Program-made: the position numbers and the translations under genes
Shown here: piece after piece, positions 1-8,865 of the stretch
How the letters are laid out: each line of letters starts with the position of its first letter
Numbering within the stretch: the stretch's first letter is position 1
The notes under the pieces: generated by a model
Seen by the model: only the letters and a program-made list of their open reading frames with translations
What the model was told of the DNA's origin: nothing
Database searches by the model: none
Source: an uncultured Pelagibacteraceae bacterium
GTDB lineage: Bacteria > Pseudomonadota > Alphaproteobacteria > Pelagibacterales > Pelagibacteraceae
Assembly (NCBI GenBank): GCA_902632545.1
Contig: CACPCX010000003.1
Coordinates: 46,033 to 110,032, forward strand
DNA length: 64,000 nucleotides
Direction of reading: 5' to 3'

Positions 1-1111
1 AAGTAATTCTGAATTTATTGATAGAATAAGAGATAGTTTAATTCAAAATTTTAGCCTTAATTATATAAGAAATAAATTAAGAATTATAAATATCTATAAT
101 ACTGGACAAAAAAATTTTCATAGACTTTACAATATTTCTTTGGGAAAGAAATTTACAAATGGTTTTATTAGAAACGGACACGATGTTCTAGAAATTAGTG
201 ATCGCGATTTCATTAGGCAAAATAGAAATATATTTCAAGCAAAAAATATTGACAAATTTCAAAACTATTTAGTTAATACATCAAAAAATTACAATCCTGA
301 TTTAATTTTTTTTGGTCATACTCAAAATATATCAACTGAAACAATTAAAGAATTCAAAAATTTAAATGAGAACCTAATAATTTCTCAATGGAACGAAGAT
401 CCAGTTATGAAAAGCTTAAATTATTCAAAAAAAAATATAGAAAATATAAATAAATATTCAGAAATAGTAGATCATAATTTTGTTACAACTCACCCAAGTG
501 TTTTAAAAAAACAAAAAATTAATATAAAAAATCTACATTTCTTATTTATTCCGGTTGATAAAAATATTGAGTGTTTTGATGTTTCAAAAAAAAATCCAAT
601 TAAAGACCTATTTTATGCAATGAGTCACGGTGTTAATAGAGCAACTCTAAAAAAAGGTAAAAATGACTCGAGAATACATTTTTTAAATAATCTCATAAAA
701 AAATTAGAAAATATTGATTATGATTTTTATGGTTTTCACAATAAGGAACCTATATGGGGTAACGATTTTTATAAAGCATTAATTAATTCAAAAATGGGAT
801 TAAATTTAAGCAGAGGTCTTCCAACAAAACATTACTCAAGTAATAGAATTGCGTCTTTAATGGGCAATGGGTTGTTAACATTTGTCGATAAAAAAACAGA
901 ACTAAACGATATGTTTAGTAAAAATGAAATAGTAATGTACGAAAACATAAATGATCTAACAGATAAGATTAATTTTTATAAAAAAAATGATCGTTTAAGA
1001 TCTAACATAGCTGCAGCAGGACGAAAAAAATATTTTAAATTATTCAACGAACTAAAAACTACAAAATATATTGTGGAAATATCGTTAGGTAAAGATGCAT
1101 CCTTGTATTAA
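1..1111 (+). CDS. Glycosyltransferase (CgeB/Glyco_trans_1_2-like C-terminal domain), 5'-truncated by window edge
   Basis: Frame is open from position 2 (SNSEFIDRIRD...), so the TTG at 140 is not the true start. C-terminal SKMGLNLSR...SSNRIASLMGNG...AAAGRKK is typical of CgeB-like GT-B enzymes. Confidence 0.75.
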   Translation, partial: SNSEFIDRIRDSLIQNFSLNYIRNKLRIINIYNTGQKNFHRLYNISLGKKFTNGFIRNGHDVLEISDRDFIRQNRNIFQAKNIDKFQNYLVNTSKNYNPDLIFFGHTQNISTETIKEFKNLNENLIISQWNEDPVMKSLNYSKKNIENINKYSEIVDHNFVTTHPSVLKKQKINIKNLHFLFIPVDKNIECFDVSKKNPIKDLFYAMSHGVNRATLKKGKNDSRIHFLNNLIKKLENIDYDFYGFHNKEPIWGNDFYKALINSKMGLNLSRGLPTKHYSSNRIASLMGNGLLTFVDKKTELNDMFSKNEIVMYENINDLTDKINFYKKNDRLRSNIAAAGRKKYFKLFNELKTTKYIVEISLGKDASLY

Positions 1112-1129
1112 TTTAATTCCAACTTATTT

Positions 1130-1903
1130 ATGAAATTTGATGAAAAATTAAAAAATAAATTTTTATTATCAAAAGGATTAAATATTTTTAAATTATTTTA
1201 TTTTTTTAATCAAAAAATAAGATCAATTAAAAAAGTTAAAAAATCATATTCAAGTAACTCTGTGGATTTAATTATAGATGAATTGTTTAAAAATAAAAAA
1301 AGTGGGATTTATATTGATGTAGGATGTAATCATCCATTTATAGGCAATAATACATATAAATTGTTTAAAAAAGGTTGGAAGGGTATAAATATTGATTTGG
1401 ATTATACGTTTATTGAATCTTTTAATTTTTATAGACCTAATGATTATAATTTACAAATTGGTGTATCAGATAAAATAGGTGAGCAGGAGATGTATTATCA
1501 TCATGAAAGATCAGCAATAAACACACTTGACGTTAAAAGAAGTAGTAAATCAATTTTAAAGAAAAATATAAAAACATCAACTTTAAATAAAATTATAGAA
1601 AATTCTAAATTTAATAATCAGCAAATAGACTATGTAAGTATTGATGTAGAAGGTTATGAATTGAATGTATTAAAAGGTTTTGATTTAAGTAAATATAAAC
1701 CTAGAGCTTTAAGTATCGAATATATTGAACCTAAAATAATAAAAGAAGAATATTATCATCAAAATATAAATAATATTTTAAATTCGGATCTTTACAAATA
1801 TATGTTGGATAAAGGGTATCATTTTGTGAACTGGCTACATTCTGATTTAATATTCGTATCAAGAGAAGTTTTTACTGATAAAATTAAGAATATAAATGTC
1901 TAA
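1130..1903 (+). CDS. FkbM family methyltransferase
   Basis: YIDVGCNHP...NNT, GWKGINID and SIDVEGYELNVLKG motifs. Confidence 0.9.
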   Translation: MKFDEKLKNKFLLSKGLNIFKLFYFFNQKIRSIKKVKKSYSSNSVDLIIDELFKNKKSGIYIDVGCNHPFIGNNTYKLFKKGWKGINIDLDYTFIESFNFYRPNDYNLQIGVSDKIGEQEMYYHHERSAINTLDVKRSSKSILKKNIKTSTLNKIIENSKFNNQQIDYVSIDVEGYELNVLKGFDLSKYKPRALSIEYIEPKIIKEEYYHQNINNILNSDLYKYMLDKGYHFVNWLHSDLIFVSREVFTDKIKNINV

Positions 1904-2765
1904 CAAATTTTCTATAGTAATACCTACTTTTGAAAATACAGAATATTTAGAAACTTGTATTAATTCAATTTTAAAAAATTCTAATTTTTCACATCAAATA
2001 ATAGTCCACATTAATGGTAATGACCTAAATACTGAAAGTGTTTTGTTAAAAAAAAATATTACATATACAAAAACAACTAAAAATGTAGGTTTATGCAGTG
2101 GTGTTAATATTGCTTCAAAAAAAGTAAACACGAATTATATATTGTATGCTCACGATGATATGTATTTTTTGCCAAATTGGGACTTAATTCTTGATGATGA
2201 GGTAAAAAATATTAATCACAAAAATTTTTATTTATCAATGACACACATATCTCATATGAGTGGTGTTAAAGGTGACACACAACATATTCAGTTTGATTGT
2301 GGATCAAATATTGCTGAATTTGATGAAAATAAGCTTTTGAATAATTTTAAAAATTTTAGTTTTAGAAACTTACAGGGCAGTCATTGGGCACCCCATTTAA
2401 TTCACATTGAATTATGGAACAAAATAGGTGGTTTTAGTGAAGAATTTAATCCTGGTTTTGCATCAGATCCTGATCTTAACATGAAACTTTGGTTAGAAAA
2501 TGTTAGAATTTTTAAAGGCGTGTCTTTGTCACGAGTTTATCATTTTGGATCTTTAACAACGCGTAAAAATAAAAAAATAACTCCAAATAAAGGAAAAAAA
2601 ACCTTTTTATTAAAATGGAAATTTACAGTTGAGTTCTTTAATAAACATTATTTAAAAAGAGGCACTACATATAATGGTCCATTGAATGATCCAATTAAAA
2701 ATTTTACGTACTTTAAAGATTTGTTAATCAGTAAAATAAAATATTATTTAACTAGAATATTTTGA
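1896..2765 (+). CDS. Glycosyltransferase family 2
   Basis: FSIVIPTF start, AHDD (DxD-like), IGGFSEEF...SDPDL, YHFGS motifs. Confidence 0.88.
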   Translation: MSNKFSIVIPTFENTEYLETCINSILKNSNFSHQIIVHINGNDLNTESVLLKKNITYTKTTKNVGLCSGVNIASKKVNTNYILYAHDDMYFLPNWDLILDDEVKNINHKNFYLSMTHISHMSGVKGDTQHIQFDCGSNIAEFDENKLLNNFKNFSFRNLQGSHWAPHLIHIELWNKIGGFSEEFNPGFASDPDLNMKLWLENVRIFKGVSLSRVYHFGSLTTRKNKKITPNKGKKTFLLKWKFTVEFFNKHYLKRGTTYNGPLNDPIKNFTYFKDLLISKIKYYLTRIF

Positions 2766-3697
2766 TGAAAAAGAAACTTATTGTAGAAATAGCAGAAGGT
2801 TTAGGAAATCAGTTATTTATGTATGCTCATGCATACTCTATGTCTAAAAAACTTAATTATGAACTTTTTATTGATAACAAGAGTGCTTATTCTTTTAAAA
2901 AAAATACTTTAAGAAAACATCAAATATATGCCCTAGACTCATTCAATATTATTCAAAATTATGCTCCAAATAAATTTATTTACGATAAATTACATAAAAG
3001 AATAAAAAGAAACTTATTTATGTTTATTGATACATTTACAAATAAACAATTTTTTTTTAGAGAGAAATGGATAAAAAAAAATAATTCAAAAATAGTACAA
3101 AATTATACTAATCTTTTAGCAAAAGATTTTTATGATAATATTTATGTTAAAGGAAATTTTGAAAATTACGAATATTTCAAAGAATACAAAAATGAATTAT
3201 CAAACTTTTTTATAATTAAAAATGAATTAATTGATCACAAAGACTCTATAGTAAAACAATTAAGTAATAATAATTCAATTTCTATTCATATAAGAAGAAA
3301 TAGATTTTCAGACCAAATTGATTTTACAGACACTGTTAAAAATAAAGAAAAATCTGACTTTTTTACTAACCAAATTATTGATTATATAAATAGATCTACA
3401 AACTTTATTGAAAAAAAAGTTCAAAATCCACAGTATTTTATTTGGACAAATGATTACAAAGATTTTGATCAAATATCAAACAAGTTAATTATAAAAAAAT
3501 ATCGTCTAATTAATGAAAATGTAATAAATGATTTCGATTTATTTCAATATGCTAAACATTTTATTGTAGGGCCTTCTTCGTTCCATTGGTGGGGAGCATG
3601 GTTAAACAAAAATTCAGATAAAATTTGTATTAGACCTTCTAATTTAAACCCATCAAATAATGAAAATTTTTGGCCTAAAGATTGGATATCTATTTAG
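2765..3697 (+). CDS. Alpha-1,2-fucosyltransferase-like (GT11)
   Basis: GLGNQLFMYA, HIRR and SSFHWWGAWLN motifs. ATG at 2765 overlaps the upstream TGA (TGATG). Confidence 0.85.
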   Translation: MKKKLIVEIAEGLGNQLFMYAHAYSMSKKLNYELFIDNKSAYSFKKNTLRKHQIYALDSFNIIQNYAPNKFIYDKLHKRIKRNLFMFIDTFTNKQFFFREKWIKKNNSKIVQNYTNLLAKDFYDNIYVKGNFENYEYFKEYKNELSNFFIIKNELIDHKDSIVKQLSNNNSISIHIRRNRFSDQIDFTDTVKNKEKSDFFTNQIIDYINRSTNFIEKKVQNPQYFIWTNDYKDFDQISNKLIIKKYRLINENVINDFDLFQYAKHFIVGPSSFHWWGAWLNKNSDKICIRPSNLNPSNNENFWPKDWISI

Positions 3698-4647
3698 ATT
3701 TTGATTTTATTCAAAGCATTATTTTTAAATATATTTGCTTCTCTAATATATCTTCTTACCATTTGCGTTGTTTTATGACCTGTCATGGCCATTATACTTC
3801 GTTCATCGGCACCAGACTCAGCAGCTACTGTTGCAAAACCTGACCTCAAACTATGACCTGCAAAATTTTTATTTTCTATACCAGCTAAGTTCAAATATTC
3901 TTTAATTAATAAAACTACAGATTGATCAGTTAATCTTTGATTAGTTAATGATAAGCCTTTAGAAAATCTTCTAAATATTGGTCCTGAATTAATTTTAGAA
4001 ATTTTTAACCATTTTTTTAAATTAGTAACGGGACAGTAAATATCATCAGTGAAGTAGGGTAGTCCTTTAACCATTCCTTCTCCAAATTGATCAGTTTTTG
4101 ATTTTTTGATAATGATTTTGAGACCTTCATTCACAAATTCTAAATCCTCATAATCAATAGAAACCAGTTCGGTTCTTCTAAAACCACCTCCAAAACCAAT
4201 TAAGATTAATGATTTATCTCTAAGTTTTTTTATTTCATCAGTTCTTTGTTCATTTATTACATTAATAATTAATTTTAAATGATTGATTAATATAGGTTTT
4301 TTACCTATTTGAATACTGCCCTTAACTCTTTTTATTCCCATTAAATTTTCAACTATAATTGGATGTTTAGTGTCTAGATAATGCCCTTTTAACTTATGAA
4401 CCATACTTATTGAAACTAATCTTCGTCTTAAAGTACTTACTTTTGAGTTTTTTGAGAGATGAGTTAGATATAAAGAGACTATTTTTGGCTCTGTTGGTAA
4501 TGAATCTAATCCATGTTTTGCACAAAAAGCTCCAAAATCTTTAAAGTCAGATTTATAAGCTCTTAGAGTGTTGTTAGCTTTAGAGCTTTTGAGGTTATTT
4601 AAAGTTGCCTCATGAAGTGATTTTAGGTCTGTAGTTAGTTCAGTCAT
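3694..4647 (-). CDS. Tyrosine recombinase, Cre-like family, catalytically intact
   Basis: Core-binding NTLRAYKSDF. Catalytic residues R (GFRRTEL), K (SKTDQ), HxxR (GHSLRSG), H (TGHK) and Y (RRYIR) all present. Confidence 0.93.
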   Translation of the reverse strand: MTELTTDLKSLHEATLNNLKSSKANNTLRAYKSDFKDFGAFCAKHGLDSLPTEPKIVSLYLTHLSKNSKVSTLRRRLVSISMVHKLKGHYLDTKHPIIVENLMGIKRVKGSIQIGKKPILINHLKLIINVINEQRTDEIKKLRDKSLILIGFGGGFRRTELVSIDYEDLEFVNEGLKIIIKKSKTDQFGEGMVKGLPYFTDDIYCPVTNLKKWLKISKINSGPIFRRFSKGLSLTNQRLTDQSVVLLIKEYLNLAGIENKNFAGHSLRSGFATVAAESGADERSIMAMTGHKTTQMVRRYIREANIFKNNALNKIKI

Positions 4648-4649
4648 AT

Positions 4650-4686
4650 TATTACTATTGATAACAATTAATTATCACTAGTAATA
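4650..4686. repeat. Inverted repeat, 15 bp arms with 7 bp asymmetric spacer; putative recombination (lox/dif-like) site
   Basis: TATTACTATTGATAA-CAATTAA-TTATCACTAGTAATA, with one mismatch between arms. Starts 3 nt upstream of the recombinase ATG. Confidence 0.75.
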
Positions 4687-4709
4687 TATCAAGAGTTTTC
4701 TAATGTCAA
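4681..4709 (-). promoter_or_regulatory. Putative sigma70 promoter of the recombinase
   Basis: Perfect TTGACA (4709-4704), 17 bp, then TATTAC (4686-4681), which lies inside the palindrome arm. Confidence 0.5.
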
Positions 4710-4746
4710 ATTAAAAATTAATTATTAGCAAGGACAATTAAAGACG

Positions 4747-4775
4747 TTGCGAGCTAAAAAAGTATGAAATATAAT
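4747..4775 (+). promoter_or_regulatory. Sigma70 promoter for the small ORF-ogt unit (likely leaderless)
   Basis: TTGCGA-N17-TATAAT; the expected +1 falls about on the ATG at 4782. Confidence 0.65.
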
Positions 4776-4781
4776 TAAAAA

Positions 4782-4952
4782 ATGGGCATAGATGGAGTAA
4801 TTGAACCAATATACTTTCTAATAACTTCGATTGGTTTTGTAATTTTGAGCTTTATTCAGTATAAAAAAACAGGAAAAACTTTAGAAACGATCTATCTCTC
4901 TATTTTAGCTATTTTTTTTATAGTTTGCTTTATTATTTTAAATTTTTATTAA
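4782..4952 (+). CDS. Small 56-aa membrane protein (two hydrophobic segments), absent from the ORF track
   Basis: Translated by hand: MGIDGVIEPIYFLITSIGFVILSFIQYKKTGKTLETIYLSILAIFFIVCFIILNFY. Its TAA overlaps the ogt ATG (TAATG), and a good promoter lies directly upstream. Confidence 0.7.
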   Translation: MGIDGVIEPIYFLITSIGFVILSFIQYKKTGKTLETIYLSILAIFFIVCFIILNFY

Positions 4953-5221
4953 TGAAAGGTACAAAATTTCAATTAAAAGTCTGGAAATACCTTAAAACTA
5001 TACCAAAAGGTACTGTAAAAACGTATAAAGATGTAGCTATTGCTATAAAAAATCCTAAATCATCCCGTGCTGTAGCTAACGCATGTGGAAAAAACCCATA
5101 TGCACCTAAAATACCATGTCATAGAGTAATTCGATCTGATGGAGATGCAGGTGGATACTCTGGTAGAGGTGGAATTAAGACAAAGCTACGTTTATTGAGA
5201 TCTGAAAAAGTTGATATTTAG
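4952..5221 (+). CDS. ogt: Methylated-DNA-protein cysteine methyltransferase (MGMT), single domain
   Basis: IPKG...TY, RAVANAC and PCHRV active-site motif. Start moved to the ATG at 4952. Confidence 0.88.
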   Translation: MKGTKFQLKVWKYLKTIPKGTVKTYKDVAIAIKNPKSSRAVANACGKNPYAPKIPCHRVIRSDGDAGGYSGRGGIKTKLRLLRSEKVDI

Positions 5222-5753
5222 ATGTATTTTAGAGCTATTTTATGTTCAAAAACACCAGTAAAATCAACAATTTTTAGATATTTAAGCCTATATTAGAGGA
5301 AATAGTGTTTTGCACCCTTCAGTTGTACTATATATCATAACAAACCAAAATAAAGTACCTCTATGGCCGTTTAAAACATATATTCTATAACTGCATTGCT
5401 CTACTTTTCAATAATATCATGGCTCATTTAAGACTTAAATTTCAAAGGAATTTTATGAATTTTTATTCCCCTACTCACTTATCCAAATATAAATTTTGAA
5501 TTTGTGTGATTATACAGCTTAAAAAACCATTGATATTAAATGCTTTTAACTATTATTGTTAATTTTCTATAAAATTTTCTAATTTTGCCTTTATCTATTT
5601 TAAATAATAGTTATTAACTACTAATTTTTATATAATTAGCAAACCTTATACTAATTTGTCAAATTATATAAAATAAAATAATACAATAATTACAATAGTT
5701 TAATAGCATATATTAAAGTAATACTTTATATATTAGTTACTATTTGTTTACTA
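5222..5753. other. Long (532 bp) AT-rich non-coding spacer between convergent genes
   Basis: No ORF of 60 aa or more. By far the longest gap in the window, with several short palindromes. Confidence 0.7.
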
Positions 5754-6605
5754 TTAATTAGAATGAGTTAGTAAATATTCTCTTCTAGAAATATAAAGGC
5801 CACTAAGAACGATAATAAATAAACCTAAATAAGTCCAATTATCAGGCAATTCATGAAAGAAAAAGTAACTAATAAGTATATTTGTAATTATCTCTGTATA
5901 GCCCAAAGGAGCTAACTTAGATGCATCAGCGTATGTAAGAGATAATATGAGAAAAAGATGCGTTACAGAGGCTATGAGACCGATTAAAGCCATTAAAATC
6001 CATTGATTTGATGTAGGATTGACCCAGATAGAAGGCACAAATAAGCTTAATATTATAGTTCCTATCAAACCTGATAATAAAAGTGTTAAGAGTGGATTAT
6101 CTGAGCTACTCAATTTCCTAGTAATTATAAGATAAAAACCATAACAAATACCACAACCTAAAGCGGCCATTGTTGCGAAATTAAGCTCGATAAAACCCGG
6201 TCTTATTACTATCATTGTTCCAATAAATCCTAACAATACAGCTGTCCACCTTTTCACCCCTACTTTCTCATTTAAAAATAATGGGGATAAAGCTGTAACA
6301 CAAATTGGAGCAACAAAAGCTAATGTCAATGCTTTAGGAAGAGATATTTCTGATATTGCATAAAAGAATAAATAAGTAGAAGAAACAAAAATTAACCCTC
6401 TAATTAATTGTAGCGCTGGTTTTTTTGTCCATACAAATGATTGTCTATAAAAGATAATCATTAAAGATAATGTAAAAACTACAGTAAAAAAATATCTGGC
6501 CCATGTAATTTGAAGAACATCCATTGAAAAACTTAAATACTTAGCAAATGCATCCATTACTGGAACAATCATCCAAGCAGACGCATTCAAAATTATAGCC
6601 TTCAT
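5754..6605 (-). CDS. DMT/EamA family transporter
   Basis: About 10 TM segments, LSPLFLNEKVG and ADASKLAP motifs. Confidence 0.9.
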   Translation of the reverse strand: MKAIILNASAWMIVPVMDAFAKYLSFSMDVLQITWARYFFTVVFTLSLMIIFYRQSFVWTKKPALQLIRGLIFVSSTYLFFYAISEISLPKALTLAFVAPICVTALSPLFLNEKVGVKRWTAVLLGFIGTMIVIRPGFIELNFATMAALGCGICYGFYLIITRKLSSSDNPLLTLLLSGLIGTIILSLFVPSIWVNPTSNQWILMALIGLIASVTHLFLILSLTYADASKLAPLGYTEIITNILISYFFFHELPDNWTYLGLFIIVLSGLYISRREYLLTHSN

Positions 6606-6621
6606 AAAAGAAGGGTATATC

Positions 6622-7521
6622 TTAATAGAAGTATTTTAAAGCAAAGAATAAGGTAATTGGAATAGTAAATAATGACATGATTGTAGATATTACAATTGTG
6701 CTAGATATATTATCTACAATTTCTTTTGGAGAATACATATGCGCAATCAAATAACATAAGATTGCACTAGGCATACATGACTGAATTAACAGAACACCAG
6801 CAGGTATACCAGATAAATTAAAAAATTTAATCACAGCAAATCCAATAATAGGTCCAATTATTACTCTTCCAAAGGAAGTTATTAATGCATCTTTAAAAGA
6901 AAATACTTTCATTTGCGTAAGAGCTACACCTAATGACATAAGTATCATTACAATCATACCGTAAGCTAAAAGCATTACAGTATTTAATACGAATTGAGGA
7001 AACGGCATTTCAAAATATAAAAAGAGTACAGTTATTAAAATTGCATAAAAAGATGGACTTTTTAATATAGTTTTAAAATCAAAAGCGCGTTTTGCTAAAA
7101 ATATATTAAGTGTAAAATGCAGTAAAACAATTAAAGAGGATATTGCAGCAGCTATACCCATACCTAATTCACCATAAGCAAATAAGCATATAGGTATACC
7201 CATATTTCCAGTATTTGGTAAAATAAAAGTGGGTAATTCTCGAATATAGTCTTTTTTCATGAGTACTAGGAATATTAGCCCAACAACACCAAACAAACTT
7301 AATAAAATAATTGAATAACCAAAATACTCCTTAAATACGTCAAAAGTAACACCACCTGCTGTGATAGCAAAAATAACAAGAGCTGGTGTTCCAAAATTAC
7401 CAGCATATGTTGTTATAAATGATGTATCAAAATCAGGATTTTTTTTACCCAAATGATATCCAAGTCCAACTATTAGGAAGACTGGAAATAAAACTTCAAA
7501 AAGTTTTAAATAAATTTCCAT
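6622..7521 (-). CDS. AEC family transporter
   Basis: PNTGNMGIP and QSCMPSA motifs; multi-TM. Confidence 0.88.
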   Translation of the reverse strand: MEIYLKLFEVLFPVFLIVGLGYHLGKKNPDFDTSFITTYAGNFGTPALVIFAITAGGVTFDVFKEYFGYSIILLSLFGVVGLIFLVLMKKDYIRELPTFILPNTGNMGIPICLFAYGELGMGIAAAISSLIVLLHFTLNIFLAKRAFDFKTILKSPSFYAILITVLFLYFEMPFPQFVLNTVMLLAYGMIVMILMSLGVALTQMKVFSFKDALITSFGRVIIGPIIGFAVIKFFNLSGIPAGVLLIQSCMPSAILCYLIAHMYSPKEIVDNISSTIVISTIMSLFTIPITLFFALKYFY

Positions 7522-8813
7522 TAACCAAGCAATCTTATTAATGTTGGTGTTTTTAAAATATTTTTATTTTTTTTAAAAATAGACAAGCAATTATGAATAT
7601 TATTTTCAGTTGTTTTGTGAGTAATAATAACAATTGTTGCCTTATTGTTTTTCTTATCAGGTGTCTGAATTAGTCTCTTAACTGAAATTTTGTATTTAGC
7701 TAAACGATTAGTTATTTCAGATAATACACCAGGCTTATCTTTTACCTCGAACCTTAAATATAAAGAATTTATATAGTTTTTTACATTATAAGGTTTTAAA
7801 GATTTAAGCTTTGAAACACTAACACCAAAAGGTTTCTTTATATTTCCACGCAAAATAGATAATAAATCAGAAAGTAATGATGAAGACGTAGGTCCAGGTC
7901 CAGCCCCCTCCCCTTGTAATATACTTTCACCAACAGGTTTTCCTTGAAGAATAACTGCATTCATTACACCGTTAACATTACCAATATAAGATTTTTTACT
8001 AACTAAACACGGGTGAACAGTTTCAAAAAGTTGATTATTTTTTAACTCGGATATACCTAGAAGCTTTATTCTTAAATCTAATTGGTTCGAAATTTTAATA
8101 TCTTTTAATTCAATTTTTTCTATTCCTTCCATTAGACATTCATGTTTTGAAATTTTACTACTAAAAGCTAAAGCAGATAAAATTCTAACTTTAGCAAATG
8201 CATCAAAACCATTTAGGTCTAATTTGGGATTACCAGGTTCAGCATAACCAAGCATCTGCGCTTTTTTTAAAACATTTACAAAAGTTTCATTTGAATTTTC
8301 CATTTCTGATAAAATGTAATTTGAAGTACCGTTCAAAATTCCATAAACTTTTGATAATTTATTTGTCGCTAATCCTTCCTTAATAGATCTTAATATTGGA
8401 ATACCACCAGCAACTGATGCTTCAAATTCTAAATTAACTTTATTCTTTTCTGCAAGTTTTGCTAGCTCATTGCCGTGTTTTGAGATTAAAGCTTTATTAG
8501 GTGTAATAACATGGATTTTATTTTTTAAAGCAGTTTCTACAACTTTTTTAGAGACGCCATCTGACAAACCTATTGCTTCAAATAATATATCAATTTTATT
8601 ATTCTTAAAAATTTTTAAAGGATTTTTGTAAAATATTTTTTTATTAACTTTAAATTTTCTTTTTTTATTAACATTTCGAGCAGAAACCGCTACCACATTA
8701 ATTTTCTTACCTGTCTTAAGTTCAATATCCTTCTTTTTTGTATTTAGTTCATTTAGCAAATAATTACCAACTTGACCAAGTCCTACTACTGCAATATTTA
8801 TTAATTTACTCAT
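7521..8813 (-). CDS. hom: Homoserine dehydrogenase
   Basis: GLGQVG, FEASVAGGIP, GILNGTSNYIL, C-terminal ACT domain. Confidence 0.96.
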   Translation of the reverse strand: MSKLINIAVVGLGQVGNYLLNELNTKKKDIELKTGKKINVVAVSARNVNKKRKFKVNKKIFYKNPLKIFKNNKIDILFEAIGLSDGVSKKVVETALKNKIHVITPNKALISKHGNELAKLAEKNKVNLEFEASVAGGIPILRSIKEGLATNKLSKVYGILNGTSNYILSEMENSNETFVNVLKKAQMLGYAEPGNPKLDLNGFDAFAKVRILSALAFSSKISKHECLMEGIEKIELKDIKISNQLDLRIKLLGISELKNNQLFETVHPCLVSKKSYIGNVNGVMNAVILQGKPVGESILQGEGAGPGPTSSSLLSDLLSILRGNIKKPFGVSVSKLKSLKPYNVKNYINSLYLRFEVKDKPGVLSEITNRLAKYKISVKRLIQTPDKKNNKATIVIITHKTTENNIHNCLSIFKKNKNILKTPTLIRLLG

Positions 8814-8865
8814 TTACTTTTACCCAGATATTTACTTTTTTTTTGATTAATTATCATAAATTTTT

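Noticed and set aside
5222-5296. 24-aa ORF MYFRAILCSKTPVKSTIFRYLSLY directly after ogt
   Set aside because: Too short, with no recognisable features or RBS; expected by chance.
3694-5753. Recombinase as a prophage, ICE or integron integrase
   Set aside because: No phage, transfer or excisionase genes, no adjacent tRNA or flanking direct repeats, no attC-like cassettes seen, and the flanks are ordinary chromosomal genes.
5222-5753. oriC
   Set aside because: Only one mismatched DnaA-box-like word (TTATCCAAA, about 5479), no hemE/dnaA/parAB context, and gene polarity converges rather than diverges.
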